A DNA stretch of 64,000 nucleotides from Deltaproteobacteria bacterium (GTDB lineage: Bacteria > Desulfobacterota > Desulfomonilia > UBA1062): the NCBI GenBank assembly GCA_011046135.1, contig DSBG01000042.1, positions 10,184-74,183 of the forward strand, read 5' to 3'. The notes beneath the pieces were generated by a model that ran no database searches, had not been told where the DNA came from, and saw only the letters and a list, made by a program, of their open reading frames with translations. Positions 47,472 through 57,084 of the stretch are shown here, in pieces (position 1 is the first letter of the stretch; every line of letters begins with the position of its first letter). The translations under genes were made by a program, and so were the position numbers.

Positions 47472-49064
47472 CTACGTGAGTTTCCTGTTGATATAGGCCT
47501 GCTGGATGATCGAAAGGATATTGCTCACCAGCCAGTAGAGCACAAGGCCCGATGGAAAACTCAGGAACAGAAACGTGAACACGACGGGCATCATGAGCAT
47601 GATCTTCTGCTGAGTCGGATCCCCTGCAGTTGGAGTCATTTTCTGCATGACAAACTGACTGAGACCCATAAGGACGGGAGTGATGAAGTACGGGTCTTTG
47701 GCCGAGAGATCAGGCAGCCATGTTCCGATGATGTGGAAGGGAGTGTGTCTCAATTCGATGGCTGAGTAGAACACCTTGTACAGGGCGAAAAGGATAGGGA
47801 TCTGGAGCAACATCGGCAGGCATCCGCCCAGCGGGTTGATTTTGTGCTCCGAGTAGAGCTTCATGAGTTCCTGGTTCAGTTTTTGTTTGTCATCCTTGTA
47901 CTTTGCCTGGAGTTCTTTCATCAGCGGCTGTATCTTCTGGAGCCCTTTCATCGAAGCGAAGCTCTTGAACGTCAGGGGGTACAGGATGATCTTGATGAAG
48001 ATGGTCAGGATAATGATGGACAGCCCGTAACTACCCACGTAGGACTGGATCCAATTCATGGATATCAGGAGGGGCTTTGCAATGAGGTCGAAAAATCCGA
48101 AGTCCAAGGCTCTGTGGAGATCGAATCCTACGTCTTTGAGGATCTTGATGTTCTTGGGGCCCAGAAAGATCAGATGATCGTGGCTCTGCGAAGAGCCACT
48201 TCTGATCTGTGCCGTCGGGACGGAGTAGGCCAGTGATACGATATTCTCATCGGTGCGAGTTATTCTCACCTGTGTTTCAAAGATCTCCAAGGGGATGATC
48301 GTGTGCAGGAAGTACTTTTCTTCAATGCCGAACCATTTGATTTCCCCGGGAAAGTCCCGATAGGTTCCAACGGTTTTCACCTTGTCCACCTTGAATTCCT
48401 CGAGATGTTTTCCGTGGAGCAGAACCGGTCCCTCGAAGGCATAGCCTTTCTTTTTCTCGTCCATGGGATAGCGCGCATTGAGGACCTGATCATAGGAGAG
48501 AGACAGGGGACTCATGGTGTTATTGATAAACTCGGTGCGGTACTCCAAGAGGTAGTTCAGGGGGTCTATCCGATAGATTTTTTTCAGGATAATTCCCTTA
48601 GAGACTTCTGACGTGAAGACGAGTTCGAAAGGTTTTTCGGCGGCATGAATCAGTCCGGTGTGTGAGGGTTCGAATACCAAGGCAGCGTCAGAAAAACCCT
48701 CGCTTGTCACGATCTGTGGGAACGGTGACCTGACCATCTCAACAGGGGGCGCGTCTGCACCGATGGTCTGTTTGTACTCCTTCAGCTGGAAGGACACGAT
48801 CTGTGCCCCCTTCGTGTTCCAGGTGGCGCGATAGAGCGGTGTCTCCACATAAATGGCTTCTCCTGAGGCCTTTTCGCTTTCAAACGAGGGCGACGAGGGG
48901 GGGTCGAATAGGGAGGGGAGTTCTTCCTGCACCTGTTTCTCTACCTGAGGCTTCTCCGTCTGAACTGGTTCAGTCTGTGGTTTTCTCGGTTGGATGAAGA
49001 AGACATCCCATGCGATCAGGATGGCAATCGAAATGATTATAGCAAGTAGGGTTTTTTTCTCCAT
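47472..49064 (-). CDS. yidC: Membrane protein insertase YidC
   Basis: DFGFF, YGLSIIILT, NPLGGCLPMLLQIP, FPSGLVLYW. Confidence 0.98.
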   Translation of the reverse strand: MEKKTLLAIIISIAILIAWDVFFIQPRKPQTEPVQTEKPQVEKQVQEELPSLFDPPSSPSFESEKASGEAIYVETPLYRATWNTKGAQIVSFQLKEYKQTIGADAPPVEMVRSPFPQIVTSEGFSDAALVFEPSHTGLIHAAEKPFELVFTSEVSKGIILKKIYRIDPLNYLLEYRTEFINNTMSPLSLSYDQVLNARYPMDEKKKGYAFEGPVLLHGKHLEEFKVDKVKTVGTYRDFPGEIKWFGIEEKYFLHTIIPLEIFETQVRITRTDENIVSLAYSVPTAQIRSGSSQSHDHLIFLGPKNIKILKDVGFDLHRALDFGFFDLIAKPLLISMNWIQSYVGSYGLSIIILTIFIKIILYPLTFKSFASMKGLQKIQPLMKELQAKYKDDKQKLNQELMKLYSEHKINPLGGCLPMLLQIPILFALYKVFYSAIELRHTPFHIIGTWLPDLSAKDPYFITPVLMGLSQFVMQKMTPTAGDPTQQKIMLMMPVVFTFLFLSFPSGLVLYWLVSNILSIIQQAYINRKLT

Positions 49065-49088
49065 TGAGCTGCATCTCCTCAGGTGGTT

Positions 49089-49298
49089 TTACACCGGATC
49101 ATACCCGCCGGGATGAAAAGGATGACACTTCAACAGCCTCAGTAAGGTCATGAACACCCCCCTGACCCCGCCATACCGGGTAATGGCGTCTATGGCATAG
49201 TCAGAGCATGTGGGATAGAATCGGCAACTGCTAATGAAGCAGGGGGAAATAATCCTCTGGTAGAGGTGTATCAGCGTGATGAGTATCTTTTTTCCCAT
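49089..49298 (-). CDS. yidD: Membrane protein insertion efficiency factor
   Basis: YQRIISP...CRFYPTCSDY...CHPFHPGGYDPV. Confidence 0.97.
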   Translation of the reverse strand: MGKKILITLIHLYQRIISPCFISSCRFYPTCSDYAIDAITRYGGVRGVFMTLLRLLKCHPFHPGGYDPV

Positions 49299-49639
49299 GT
49301 GGATGATCCCAGGGCTTTCGCTACTTCCTGATAGAGGTCATGGTACGTGGTTGTCCAGATGTGGGGTTTTGCTATCAGGATATAGTCATATCCTTTCGGA
49401 AATAGGTTCTTGTTGCGTCGATAGATTTCTCGTAAGAGTCGTTTGATCCTGTTTCTGGTGACTGCATTGCCAATTTTTTTACTCACCGTGATTCCGATTC
49501 GTGCATGCGTTTGTGAATTTGGGGCAGCCAAGATCACGAGGTGTTTCGTTACGACTCGTGCAATCTTTTGTTTGTCTGTTCTCTTGAATTCACGTCTCTT
49601 TCTCAGCCGCTCGATTTTCGGGAATTTCTCGTCTGACAT
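49271..49639 (-). CDS. rnpA: Ribonuclease P protein component
   Basis: RIGITVSKKIGNAVTRNRIKR (RNR motif). Confidence 0.97.
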   Translation of the reverse strand: MSDEKFPKIERLRKRREFKRTDKQKIARVVTKHLVILAAPNSQTHARIGITVSKKIGNAVTRNRIKRLLREIYRRNKNLFPKGYDYILIAKPHIWTTTYHDLYQEVAKALGSSTWEKRYSSR

Positions 49640-49773
49640 CAGACAGCCAAACGCTTGCGACCCTTGGCCCTCCTCCGGTTGATAACGGCTCTGCCTGCCT
49701 TGGTACGCATGCGAACAAGGAATCCGTGGGTGCGCTTGCGCCGCTTGTTGTGTGGTTGGAACGTACGCTTCAT
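49639..49773 (-). CDS. rpmH: 50S ribosomal protein L34 (44 aa, absent from ORF track)
   Basis: [44 protein letters not shown]. Confidence 0.98.
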   Translation of the reverse strand: MKRTFQPHNKRRKRTHGFLVRMRTKAGRAVINRRRAKGRKRLAV

Positions 49774-49890
49774 CGACTACCTCGATTCAACAGTATTTTA
49801 GGGTGATAGTATTTACATACCGGTTTCTTTATTGTCAAGCAGCAAGACTCTGCAGAGCTTCTCCGAGGTTTTATCAGCATCGTATCCGGC

Positions 49891-50598
49891 TTGTCAGGGG
49901 CAGCCCTTCTAGGGTATATGCCCTCAGGTATGAAGGGCATCTTCTGCACCAGGGATTTCACGGAAGGGATCGATGGATTGCCGCTGTCGGTCTACACCAG
50001 GCTCGTGGAGCTGTTCCCTGAGGCGCAGGTTTACTGTTTGAGACAGATCCATTCCGATGTGATCGTGCGCGCCGAATTGTGTACACCCGGTGAGTTTCCG
50101 GTAGCCGATGGGATACTCTGTCAAGATCCTGAACCCATCCTGTGCATACGAACCGCAGATTGTGTCCCTGTCCTTCTCTGGTCGAAAGATGTGCCCTGCA
50201 TCGGTGCAGTACATGCCGGCTGGCGCGGACTGGCAAAAGGAATTGTGGGGAAGGCAATCCGCATGATGCATTCTCTAGGGGCACGGGATGTTCACGTCAG
50301 ACTCGGTCCCTCCATCGGACCGTGTTGTTATGAGGTGGGTCAGGATGTCGTACAGGCGCTTGGTCTTGTTATGGAACCCTTTCGTGAAGGAACGTATCGT
50401 GTCGATCTCGCTGAGATAGCCAGGAGACAGGCCATGGAACAGAACATTCCCGGTGACATGATACATGGTTCCCTGCGATGCACCTGCTGTCATCCTCGTG
50501 AGTATTTCTCCTACCGCAGAGATGGAGAGCTCGCTGGAAGAAATATCTCTCTCATTGGAGGAACATCATGTCTCTTGCCGGGCTTACGGGCGGAATAG
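49891..50598 (+). CDS. pgeF: PgeF/YfiH purine nucleoside phosphorylase-like (laccase-domain) protein (start uncertain; ATG 49930 plausible)
   Basis: QIHS, ADG, TADCVPV, HAGWRG, GPSIGPCCYEVG, FSYRR. Confidence 0.93.
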   Translation: MSGAALLGYMPSGMKGIFCTRDFTEGIDGLPLSVYTRLVELFPEAQVYCLRQIHSDVIVRAELCTPGEFPVADGILCQDPEPILCIRTADCVPVLLWSKDVPCIGAVHAGWRGLAKGIVGKAIRMMHSLGARDVHVRLGPSIGPCCYEVGQDVVQALGLVMEPFREGTYRVDLAEIARRQAMEQNIPGDMIHGSLRCTCCHPREYFSYRRDGELAGRNISLIGGTSCLLPGLRAE

Positions 50599-51170
50599 CC
50601 AGTGGAAAATCCACCGTGGCATCCATGCTGAGGGAACTCGGATGCCATATCATCGATGCAGACAAGATCGCCTTCGATGTCGTACAGCAGGGTGAGCCTG
50701 CATGGGAGCGCATCGTGGCGTTTTTTGGCACAGGGGTTCTCCTTGAAAACGGGCAGATCAACAGGGCCGTGCTGGGTGATAGTATCTTTCAGGACGAGAT
50801 GAAGCGGAATGTTCTCAACTCCATCGTCCATCCTGAGGTCTACAGGGTGATGGCCGAGCAGATTGATGAGTGTTCACGGTCAGCACCGGATTCTGTGGTT
50901 ATCCTGGATATTCCCCTCCTGATCGAGACCGGTATGCACGAGACACTCCCCGAGGTCATTCTGGTCTATGTCCCGCAAGAGGTACAGATCGCCAGACTCA
51001 TGGAGCGGGACAAGCTCTCGTATCAGGATGCGTTGATAAGGATCGGCTCCCAGATGCCTATCGAGCAAAAGAAGCGCTTTTCCACGATCATCCTCGATAA
51101 TTCCGGCTCCCTCGAGCAGACGCGTAAGCGGGTCAAGGAGATCTATGCGCAGCTCCTTGAGAAAGACTGA
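50568..51170 (+). CDS. coaE: Dephospho-CoA kinase
   Basis: GLTGGIASGKST, DAD, IVHP, DIPLL, SQMP. Confidence 0.97.
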   Translation: MSLAGLTGGIASGKSTVASMLRELGCHIIDADKIAFDVVQQGEPAWERIVAFFGTGVLLENGQINRAVLGDSIFQDEMKRNVLNSIVHPEVYRVMAEQIDECSRSAPDSVVILDIPLLIETGMHETLPEVILVYVPQEVQIARLMERDKLSYQDALIRIGSQMPIEQKKRFSTIILDNSGSLEQTRKRVKEIYAQLLEKD

Positions 51171-51333
51171 TGTATGGCTGATCACCGCATGTCAAACAGG
51201 AAATGTCAGTATTACGCCACCGGGATGAGGGGCCCGGCTGAAAGATGGTATGAAGGTGGTTGCATCTGTGCGGGCAACGTTTGCAGAGCCCGTGGACGCG
51301 CAGCGATTGTTACGAGAGACGTTTCTGACGGCA

Positions 51334-52077
51334 CTACGAAGAAACGGAGGCCCGTTGTGAAATCATGGATTCGAGGTGCCGTGCTTCCCGAAAGAGGGGG
51401 TTTATTTCAAGGGCCTTGTGAATCCACTCCATGGCACTTGTCCAGTCCTGTTTTTCGAAGTAGAGGCGGGCGATGTTGAAGCAGAGGTGTTCGTCCTGCG
51501 GAGAAATCTCCAACGCCTTCAGGTAGTGTGAACGTGCCTCGTCGAGCATGGCGGCTTTCCTGAGTGCGATGCCGAACTCGTTGAAGATGTGCTTGTTTTC
51601 TTCTTCAAACAGGGCATCGATCTGCGAGATTTTTTCAAAGACCGAGCGTGCCTTGTCACGATCGCCCATCTCCATGTAGAGTGTCCCGATACCGAAGTGT
51701 GCCCTGATACTCTCGGGGTCGAGCTTGAGTGCCGAGGTGTATTCCCACTCTGCAGAGTTGTATTCTTTGCGGTTCCGGTGTTTTTCGGCCCGCGCGATAT
51801 GGAGATCGGTCTCCTGTTCCTTGAGTGTCTTCACCTTGAAATTTGGTTCAAGGGTGTAGCGTGAGAGAAACTCTTCGTAGGGAAGTTCCACAACAATTCC
51901 GGTCGGGTTCCCTTCATTTCCGAGAAAGGTAAGTTTGATCCGTTCATCGTCGATCTGCTCGGCCAGGCAGAAATTCTTCAGAGTCTGAGTTTTCTGGGTG
52001 TGTCCGGTACCCAGAACAATGGTGGATTCTTCGAAAAAGATCCCCTTGATGTTCTTCGTGGAGGTCGCATGTTCCAT
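51334..52077 (-). CDS. TPR protein of a deltaproteobacterial family (N-terminal LGTG domain)
   Basis: Start MEHATS (ATG 52077); RAHFGIGTLY, HIFNEFGIALRK, CFNIARLY. Confidence 0.85.
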   Translation of the reverse strand: MEHATSTKNIKGIFFEESTIVLGTGHTQKTQTLKNFCLAEQIDDERIKLTFLGNEGNPTGIVVELPYEEFLSRYTLEPNFKVKTLKEQETDLHIARAEKHRNRKEYNSAEWEYTSALKLDPESIRAHFGIGTLYMEMGDRDKARSVFEKISQIDALFEEENKHIFNEFGIALRKAAMLDEARSHYLKALEISPQDEHLCFNIARLYFEKQDWTSAMEWIHKALEINPLFREARHLESMISQRASVSS

Positions 52078-52199
52078 GGATACACCATCGGATTGCGGCA
52101 GGGAGAAGTTTATTGCTTTTTTCAGGTTGTCTCTCCCTGTCTTCCCGGTATACACTACAGATCAGTTCGTTAGAATTCTGGACGTTCTGGGGGGAAGAG

Positions 52200-52997
52200 A
52201 TGTCGTCTCTCGGGTTTATCGGTGGAGGAAACATGGCGGAGGCGCTCATTGCCGGCATCGTGAAGAGGGGAGAGCTTGCCGCCCCAGAGATCATGGTGTG
52301 CGATGTCGTGCAGGAGCGTTGCCGCCATCTCTCGGCAAAATACGGGGTACAGGCGGCTTCGGATTCCCGCGCCCTCGTCGGGTCGTGTTCCACGGTGATC
52401 CTTGCGGTCAAGCCGGATACGGCTGGCCCGGTGGCGGAAGAACTGAAGGATCTGCTCAAGGACCGTCTCGTGATCAGCATCGCGGCAGGGATCAGGATAT
52501 CGTCTTTTCTGGAGATTCTTGGGGCGCAGGCACGGGTTGTGCGTGTGATGCCCAATACGCCAGCCCTGGTGCTCCAGGGGGTCTCTGTGCTGGCCGCATC
52601 GGATATGTGCTCACGAGATGATGTCGAGGTGACCAAGGGTATCTTTTCCTCGGTAGGAACCTGCATCGAAATGGACGAGCGCTATCTCGATGCCGTCACC
52701 GCACTCTCCGGATCAGGGCCTGCCTTCTGCTTTCTTGTCCTCGAAGCCCTGGCGGATGGGGGGGTGAGGTCAGGGTTGCCGAGGGACACCGCTCTTCAGC
52801 TGGCTTCGGAAACCATGAAGGGTGCAGCAGCACTGGTGATCGAAACCGGGAAACATCCAGCGGAACTCAAGGACATGGTCACTTCACCCGGAGGCACAAC
52901 CATCGAGGGACTCTCTGTTCTCGAGGCTGGTTCCGTGAGGTCCGCGATCATCGACGCCGTTTGGGCAGCATACCGGAAGGCGTCGGGACTCACCTGA
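52200..52997 (+). CDS. proC: Pyrroline-5-carboxylate reductase
   Basis: GFIGGGNMA, LAVKP, RVMPNTP, ALSGSGPA, VTSPGGTTI. Confidence 0.97.
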   Translation: MSSLGFIGGGNMAEALIAGIVKRGELAAPEIMVCDVVQERCRHLSAKYGVQAASDSRALVGSCSTVILAVKPDTAGPVAEELKDLLKDRLVISIAAGIRISSFLEILGAQARVVRVMPNTPALVLQGVSVLAASDMCSRDDVEVTKGIFSSVGTCIEMDERYLDAVTALSGSGPAFCFLVLEALADGGVRSGLPRDTALQLASETMKGAAALVIETGKHPAELKDMVTSPGGTTIEGLSVLEAGSVRSAIIDAVWAAYRKASGLT

Positions 52998-53021
52998 AAG
53001 AACAAAGGGCTGTGAATCGAT

Positions 53022-53675
53022 TCAAACCCTCGAGTTCTTGATAATTTCCACCGCATCGCGCGGGGAGTCAACGATGGTATAGATGGCCCTGTCTTCCGGC
53101 AGGATCATGCCTTCTTTCAGCATGGTGTCGTTGATCCAGTTCAGGAGACCTCCCCAGTAGTCCGAACCGATGAGAATAACAGGGAAGGGCTTGAGCTTGT
53201 CGGTCTGGATGAGGGTGAGCGATTCGAAGAGTTCGTCCATGGTGCCGAATCCACCGGGAAAGATCACGTAACTCATGGCGTACTTGACGAACATGACCTT
53301 GCGTACGAAGAAGTAGCGGAAATTGATGTGGACGTTGGTATAGGGGTTGAGGCTCTGTTCAAAGGGGAGCACGATGTTCAGCCCGACGGACTGGCCTCCA
53401 GCCTCCATGGCCCCCTTGTTCGCCGCTTCCATGATCCCGGGACCGCCGCCGGTGATGACGGTGAATCCCTCCCGGGCAAGCTCTCCGGCGAACGCTTCGG
53501 CCATGGCGTAGTATTTGTCCCCGGGCTTTGAGCGTGCAGAGCCGAAGATCGTCACTGCCGGCTCGAGGGATGAAAGTGTTTCGATACCATCGACAAACTC
53601 GGCCATGATCCTGAAGATCCGCCACGATTCCTGCGGATGGATCTGGTCTATGACATAGCGTTCATTTCTTCCCAT
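53022..53675 (-). CDS. LOG/SLOG family (TIGR00730-like) protein
   Basis: FGSAR, TGGGPGIMEAAN, FFVRK, PGGFGTMDELFE. Confidence 0.93.
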   Translation of the reverse strand: MGRNERYVIDQIHPQESWRIFRIMAEFVDGIETLSSLEPAVTIFGSARSKPGDKYYAMAEAFAGELAREGFTVITGGGPGIMEAANKGAMEAGGQSVGLNIVLPFEQSLNPYTNVHINFRYFFVRKVMFVKYAMSYVIFPGGFGTMDELFESLTLIQTDKLKPFPVILIGSDYWGGLLNWINDTMLKEGMILPEDRAIYTIVDSPRDAVEIIKNSRV

Positions 53676-53742
53676 GGGAACTCCTTGCCGGTCAATCTTC
53701 ATTTCGTTTTATCGGCAACTCTGCTATGAATATGTATTCCCA

Positions 53743-54606
53743 ATGATCGACCTCCATATCCATACAACAGGTTCTTCCGACGGGCAACACAGTCCGCGTG
53801 AGATCGTGGAGATGTCCCGTGACCTGGGGCTTGAATCCGTCGCTTTTGCCGACCACATGGATGTCTCTTCCATCGAAGAAGGCTTTGCCCGCGCAACAGA
53901 GCACGGGATAGAGTTCTTTCCCGGTGTTGAACTCTCGACCTGGTATGAGGGAACAGAACACCACCTGCTCATGTACAGCTTCGTTTTCGGTCTCAGGGAA
54001 CTCGACGAGTTTCTTGGCCGTGCCTGTTCGGGGATCTGGGACAGTGCCTCGATCCTGATCGACCGGTTCCGCGGTCTGGGGTATGATATTACGCCCGACG
54101 ATGTGTCTCGATGGGGTAAGTCCGTACCCACCGGGGTAACGCTCCTCGATGCTCTGAAAAAAAGAAATTCGCACGATGGGAGGCTTACCGAGTACCTCTC
54201 GGGACCAAAGGCATCATCTCCCTACCTCAACTTCTACCGGGACATCTCCCGCATGGGCCTTCTCGACGGGCTGGAAATGATCCTTCCGGGTCTGGGAGAA
54301 ACCCTCGAGCTCTTCCGTGAAAAAGGGGTTCTCGTCCTGGCGCATCCAGGGAAGATCAGTGAAGAGACCCTCGTGAAACTCAAGGGATGCGGCCTCGCAG
54401 GGATCGAGGCCTACAGTTCACACCACGATGCAGGGACGACGAACCATCTCGTTGCCCTGGCCCGGAGAACCGGACTCCATGTCAGTGCCGGTTCCGATTT
54501 TCACGGGCACGCCATCAAGCCCGGGATCCATCTCGGGGCCGTCACCGGGGTGCCTGATGAGCGTCTGATGGCGCTGCTGAGGGAGGCTCTGCGCTCCCGT
54601 ATCTGA
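53743..54606 (+). CDS. PHP-domain phosphoesterase
   Basis: DLHIHT..SDG, ADH, GVELS, LAHP, GIEAY..HH, GSDFHG. Confidence 0.92.
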   Translation: MIDLHIHTTGSSDGQHSPREIVEMSRDLGLESVAFADHMDVSSIEEGFARATEHGIEFFPGVELSTWYEGTEHHLLMYSFVFGLRELDEFLGRACSGIWDSASILIDRFRGLGYDITPDDVSRWGKSVPTGVTLLDALKKRNSHDGRLTEYLSGPKASSPYLNFYRDISRMGLLDGLEMILPGLGETLELFREKGVLVLAHPGKISEETLVKLKGCGLAGIEAYSSHHDAGTTNHLVALARRTGLHVSAGSDFHGHAIKPGIHLGAVTGVPDERLMALLREALRSRI

Positions 54607-54720
54607 TGGTTCAATCCCCGGGGTGTATCAGAAAGAACAGGAATGCAGGATCTCTTCGATCGTCCCACCGTTCTCCCCTAAGACTGTGACAGGAGAATTT
54701 CCGTTGTTTCTTACGGTGGA

Positions 54721-56298
54721 TCAGTGTTCCAGAATAACCGGTTCCAGCATGATCACCAGTTCATTGGTCTGTACGCCCTTTATCTTCTGGCTGAAGAGGT
54801 ACCCGAGGTAGGGGACCTCACCCAGGATCGGGATCGATCTGTTCTCTTGGGTGATCGTCTTGCTGATGAGGCCACCCAGGACCACGATGTTGCCGCTTCC
54901 CACCCTGATCTGGGTCGAGGCCTCTTCCAGGGCGACGGAGGGAATCGTGTAGACGTTTCCGCTGATGATCCGCTCCTGGAGGGTTACGATCCTGCTCTTT
55001 ATCGGTGTGATGCTCAGGTTCACGGAATTTCTTTCCAGATCGATGTTGGGTATCACACCGAGCATGATGCCGTCGAAGATAGACCCGATGGTCACTTCAG
55101 GCGTGGTAATACTCGTGCCTCCATCGATGGAGGTTGTGGTGAGCTTGATCTCCTGGATGTATGAGGTGTTGGTGCCCACGCTGATGAGCGCGGGTTGACC
55201 GTTGGTCACCCTCACGCGCGGATTGGAGAGAACCTTGATATTTCCGTACTCTTCCAGGGCATTCATGACAGAAGAAAACCCATGTTTATCTGATTGCACC
55301 TGAATCTCCAGTGCAGGGACCAGGGTGTTCGTCGACAGGGCAAGGCGCTGCTGAATCGGGTTGAATACATAGTCGCCAATGTTGCCGTGGAGACTCGTCC
55401 AGTCTATGCCATACTTGCTCTCATTGTTCAGGGACACTTCCATGATCTTGGCCGTGATGAGTACCTGTGCATTATAGTAGGTCTTGATCCTGGTGATATA
55501 CGAGTCGATTCGGTCGAGGGCATCTCTCATGTCCCTGATTTCGAGGAACCCGATGGCCCGATTGAGTGAATACGAACCATGTTTGGTCATGCATGCCTGA
55601 ACCATCTCATCGATCTGCGTGTATATGTCGGTGCTTGCCACCGATGTTGAATCCTTGATGGAGAATTCTCCAGACAGGGGTGTCTTCCCCGAGTTGTTTC
55701 CCTGTGCATTCCCCAGCACATCTCCACCCACCTGAACCTTTGTCTCTTTTTGGGAAGAGAGAAAATTGAGGTGGTAGATCCTTGATTCCGTGGCCTTGAC
55801 CAGCAGTATTCGCCCCCTGGTCTCGTAGAAGATATTGAGCGATCCGATGAGGGAGTCCAGGGCCGTTTCCACAGGGGTATCCGTGAAGGACATGGATACC
55901 AGGGGCAGTACAATGGATCCATGGGAAGGGGTTTCTTTGTCCTGCACCTCCCCTTCCATCTGCGGCGTGTCCTGGTTGTGATTGATTCTGTCCTGGCTGA
56001 TGAGCCGGGAATCAATGACCAGATCGAGCCCTACACGTTCCGCGAGTGCGCTCAGTACGTCAGTGAACCTCGCTTCCCGTGCCGTAAACGTTATGGTTTT
56101 TCCTTCAAACGGGCTCGGTTCAGCCACGTCGATGAGCACCTCAGGTACAGGTTCTTTTCTGGGCATAACAGGAGTGGAAACCGCTTTCTCCTGTTCAAGG
56201 GAGAAGTCTTCCTGCTTGATGAGCTTGTCGGTCGTGCACCCGAACAAGAGCAGTGTGCAGAAGCAGGCTATCAGGGATAGTTCAATATGCTGTGACAT
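54721..56298 (-). CDS. mshL: MshL-like lipoprotein secretin
   Basis: LFG-C lipobox; AKIMEVSL, LSNPRVRVTNGQPA, VLGGLI, ELVIMLEP. Confidence 0.85.
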   Translation of the reverse strand: MSQHIELSLIACFCTLLLFGCTTDKLIKQEDFSLEQEKAVSTPVMPRKEPVPEVLIDVAEPSPFEGKTITFTAREARFTDVLSALAERVGLDLVIDSRLISQDRINHNQDTPQMEGEVQDKETPSHGSIVLPLVSMSFTDTPVETALDSLIGSLNIFYETRGRILLVKATESRIYHLNFLSSQKETKVQVGGDVLGNAQGNNSGKTPLSGEFSIKDSTSVASTDIYTQIDEMVQACMTKHGSYSLNRAIGFLEIRDMRDALDRIDSYITRIKTYYNAQVLITAKIMEVSLNNESKYGIDWTSLHGNIGDYVFNPIQQRLALSTNTLVPALEIQVQSDKHGFSSVMNALEEYGNIKVLSNPRVRVTNGQPALISVGTNTSYIQEIKLTTTSIDGGTSITTPEVTIGSIFDGIMLGVIPNIDLERNSVNLSITPIKSRIVTLQERIISGNVYTIPSVALEEASTQIRVGSGNIVVLGGLISKTITQENRSIPILGEVPYLGYLFSQKIKGVQTNELVIMLEPVILEH

Positions 56299-56689
56299 AG
56301 AAAGTCTCCTTGGTACCATCGGGAAAGGACAGGCTCACTGAATCTCGATCAAAAGAAGTGAGAATGAAGCCGTCTCCTGATTCTCCGAGACTGAGTCTCT
56401 GTCCGTTAATGATGCAGAAGCTGCCTGCAGGGGATTCCACGATCAGGCTCACCGTGATGTTCCGGGCCGAGGGGGTCGTCTTCACGAACACGTCCCTGAT
56501 GTGGAGGAACTCAGGTTCGATTTCTTTTCCAACAGTGAAGAGGCTCAACTGATCGACATAGGAGAGAAAATCGGGCTGTTTCATCGAATAGGCTCCCTCG
56601 TCGGTGAGAACCAGGGTGGAACTTATGCACAGGAGAACTGCGATAACAGGAGAAACAAACAGATAGACGATGTTCCGGTGTTTTATCAT
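56282..56689 (-). CDS. Pilus accessory protein (MshK/PilP-like position)
   Basis: N-terminal TM, RDVF motif, CIINGQRLSLGE beta-rich end; directly before secretin. Confidence 0.55.
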   Translation of the reverse strand: MIKHRNIVYLFVSPVIAVLLCISSTLVLTDEGAYSMKQPDFLSYVDQLSLFTVGKEIEPEFLHIRDVFVKTTPSARNITVSLIVESPAGSFCIINGQRLSLGESGDGFILTSFDRDSVSLSFPDGTKETFYVTAY

Positions 56690-57084
56690 GGCGCCTGGTC
56701 TCCGAGTTTAAACCCCTTGACACTCAGGGATATTCCCGAAGGGGTACTCTCGATGGTGGCTTGTTCCAGGAAGAAGAGCCCCTGGGCATAGGTCGACCTG
56801 ATCTGTGAGTACAGCCTGGAGATGTCGTGGTCACTCAGGACAATCTCATAGTCCACGTTTGTTTCGTGGTCATGGGATATGGCGAACAGTCTGCTGCTGT
56901 ATTCTTTTATGGCGTCTATCTTTTCTGCATACACCTTGCGGTCCTCTGCCATGGCAAGGATCGTCTGGAGCTTTGAGCGGTTGTAATTCGTCTCGATCTC
57001 CGTGAACCGGTAGTAGGAAAATGAGGACCCCAGAATGAGGGCGCTTATGATACCGATGAGAATGGATGTCCTATAGTATCTCAT
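56686..57084 (-). CDS. Bitopic pilus accessory protein (PilO-like position)
   Basis: N-terminal TM plus coiled segment; operon context only. Confidence 0.55.
   Translation of the reverse strand: MRYYRTSILIGIISALILGSSFSYYRFTEIETNYNRSKLQTILAMAEDRKVYAEKIDAIKEYSSRLFAISHDHETNVDYEIVLSDHDISRLYSQIRSTYAQGLFFLEQATIESTPSGISLSVKGFKLGDQAP

Noticed and set aside
49774-49890. oriC next to rpmH
   Set aside because: Short, no DnaA boxes seen, no dnaA adjacent
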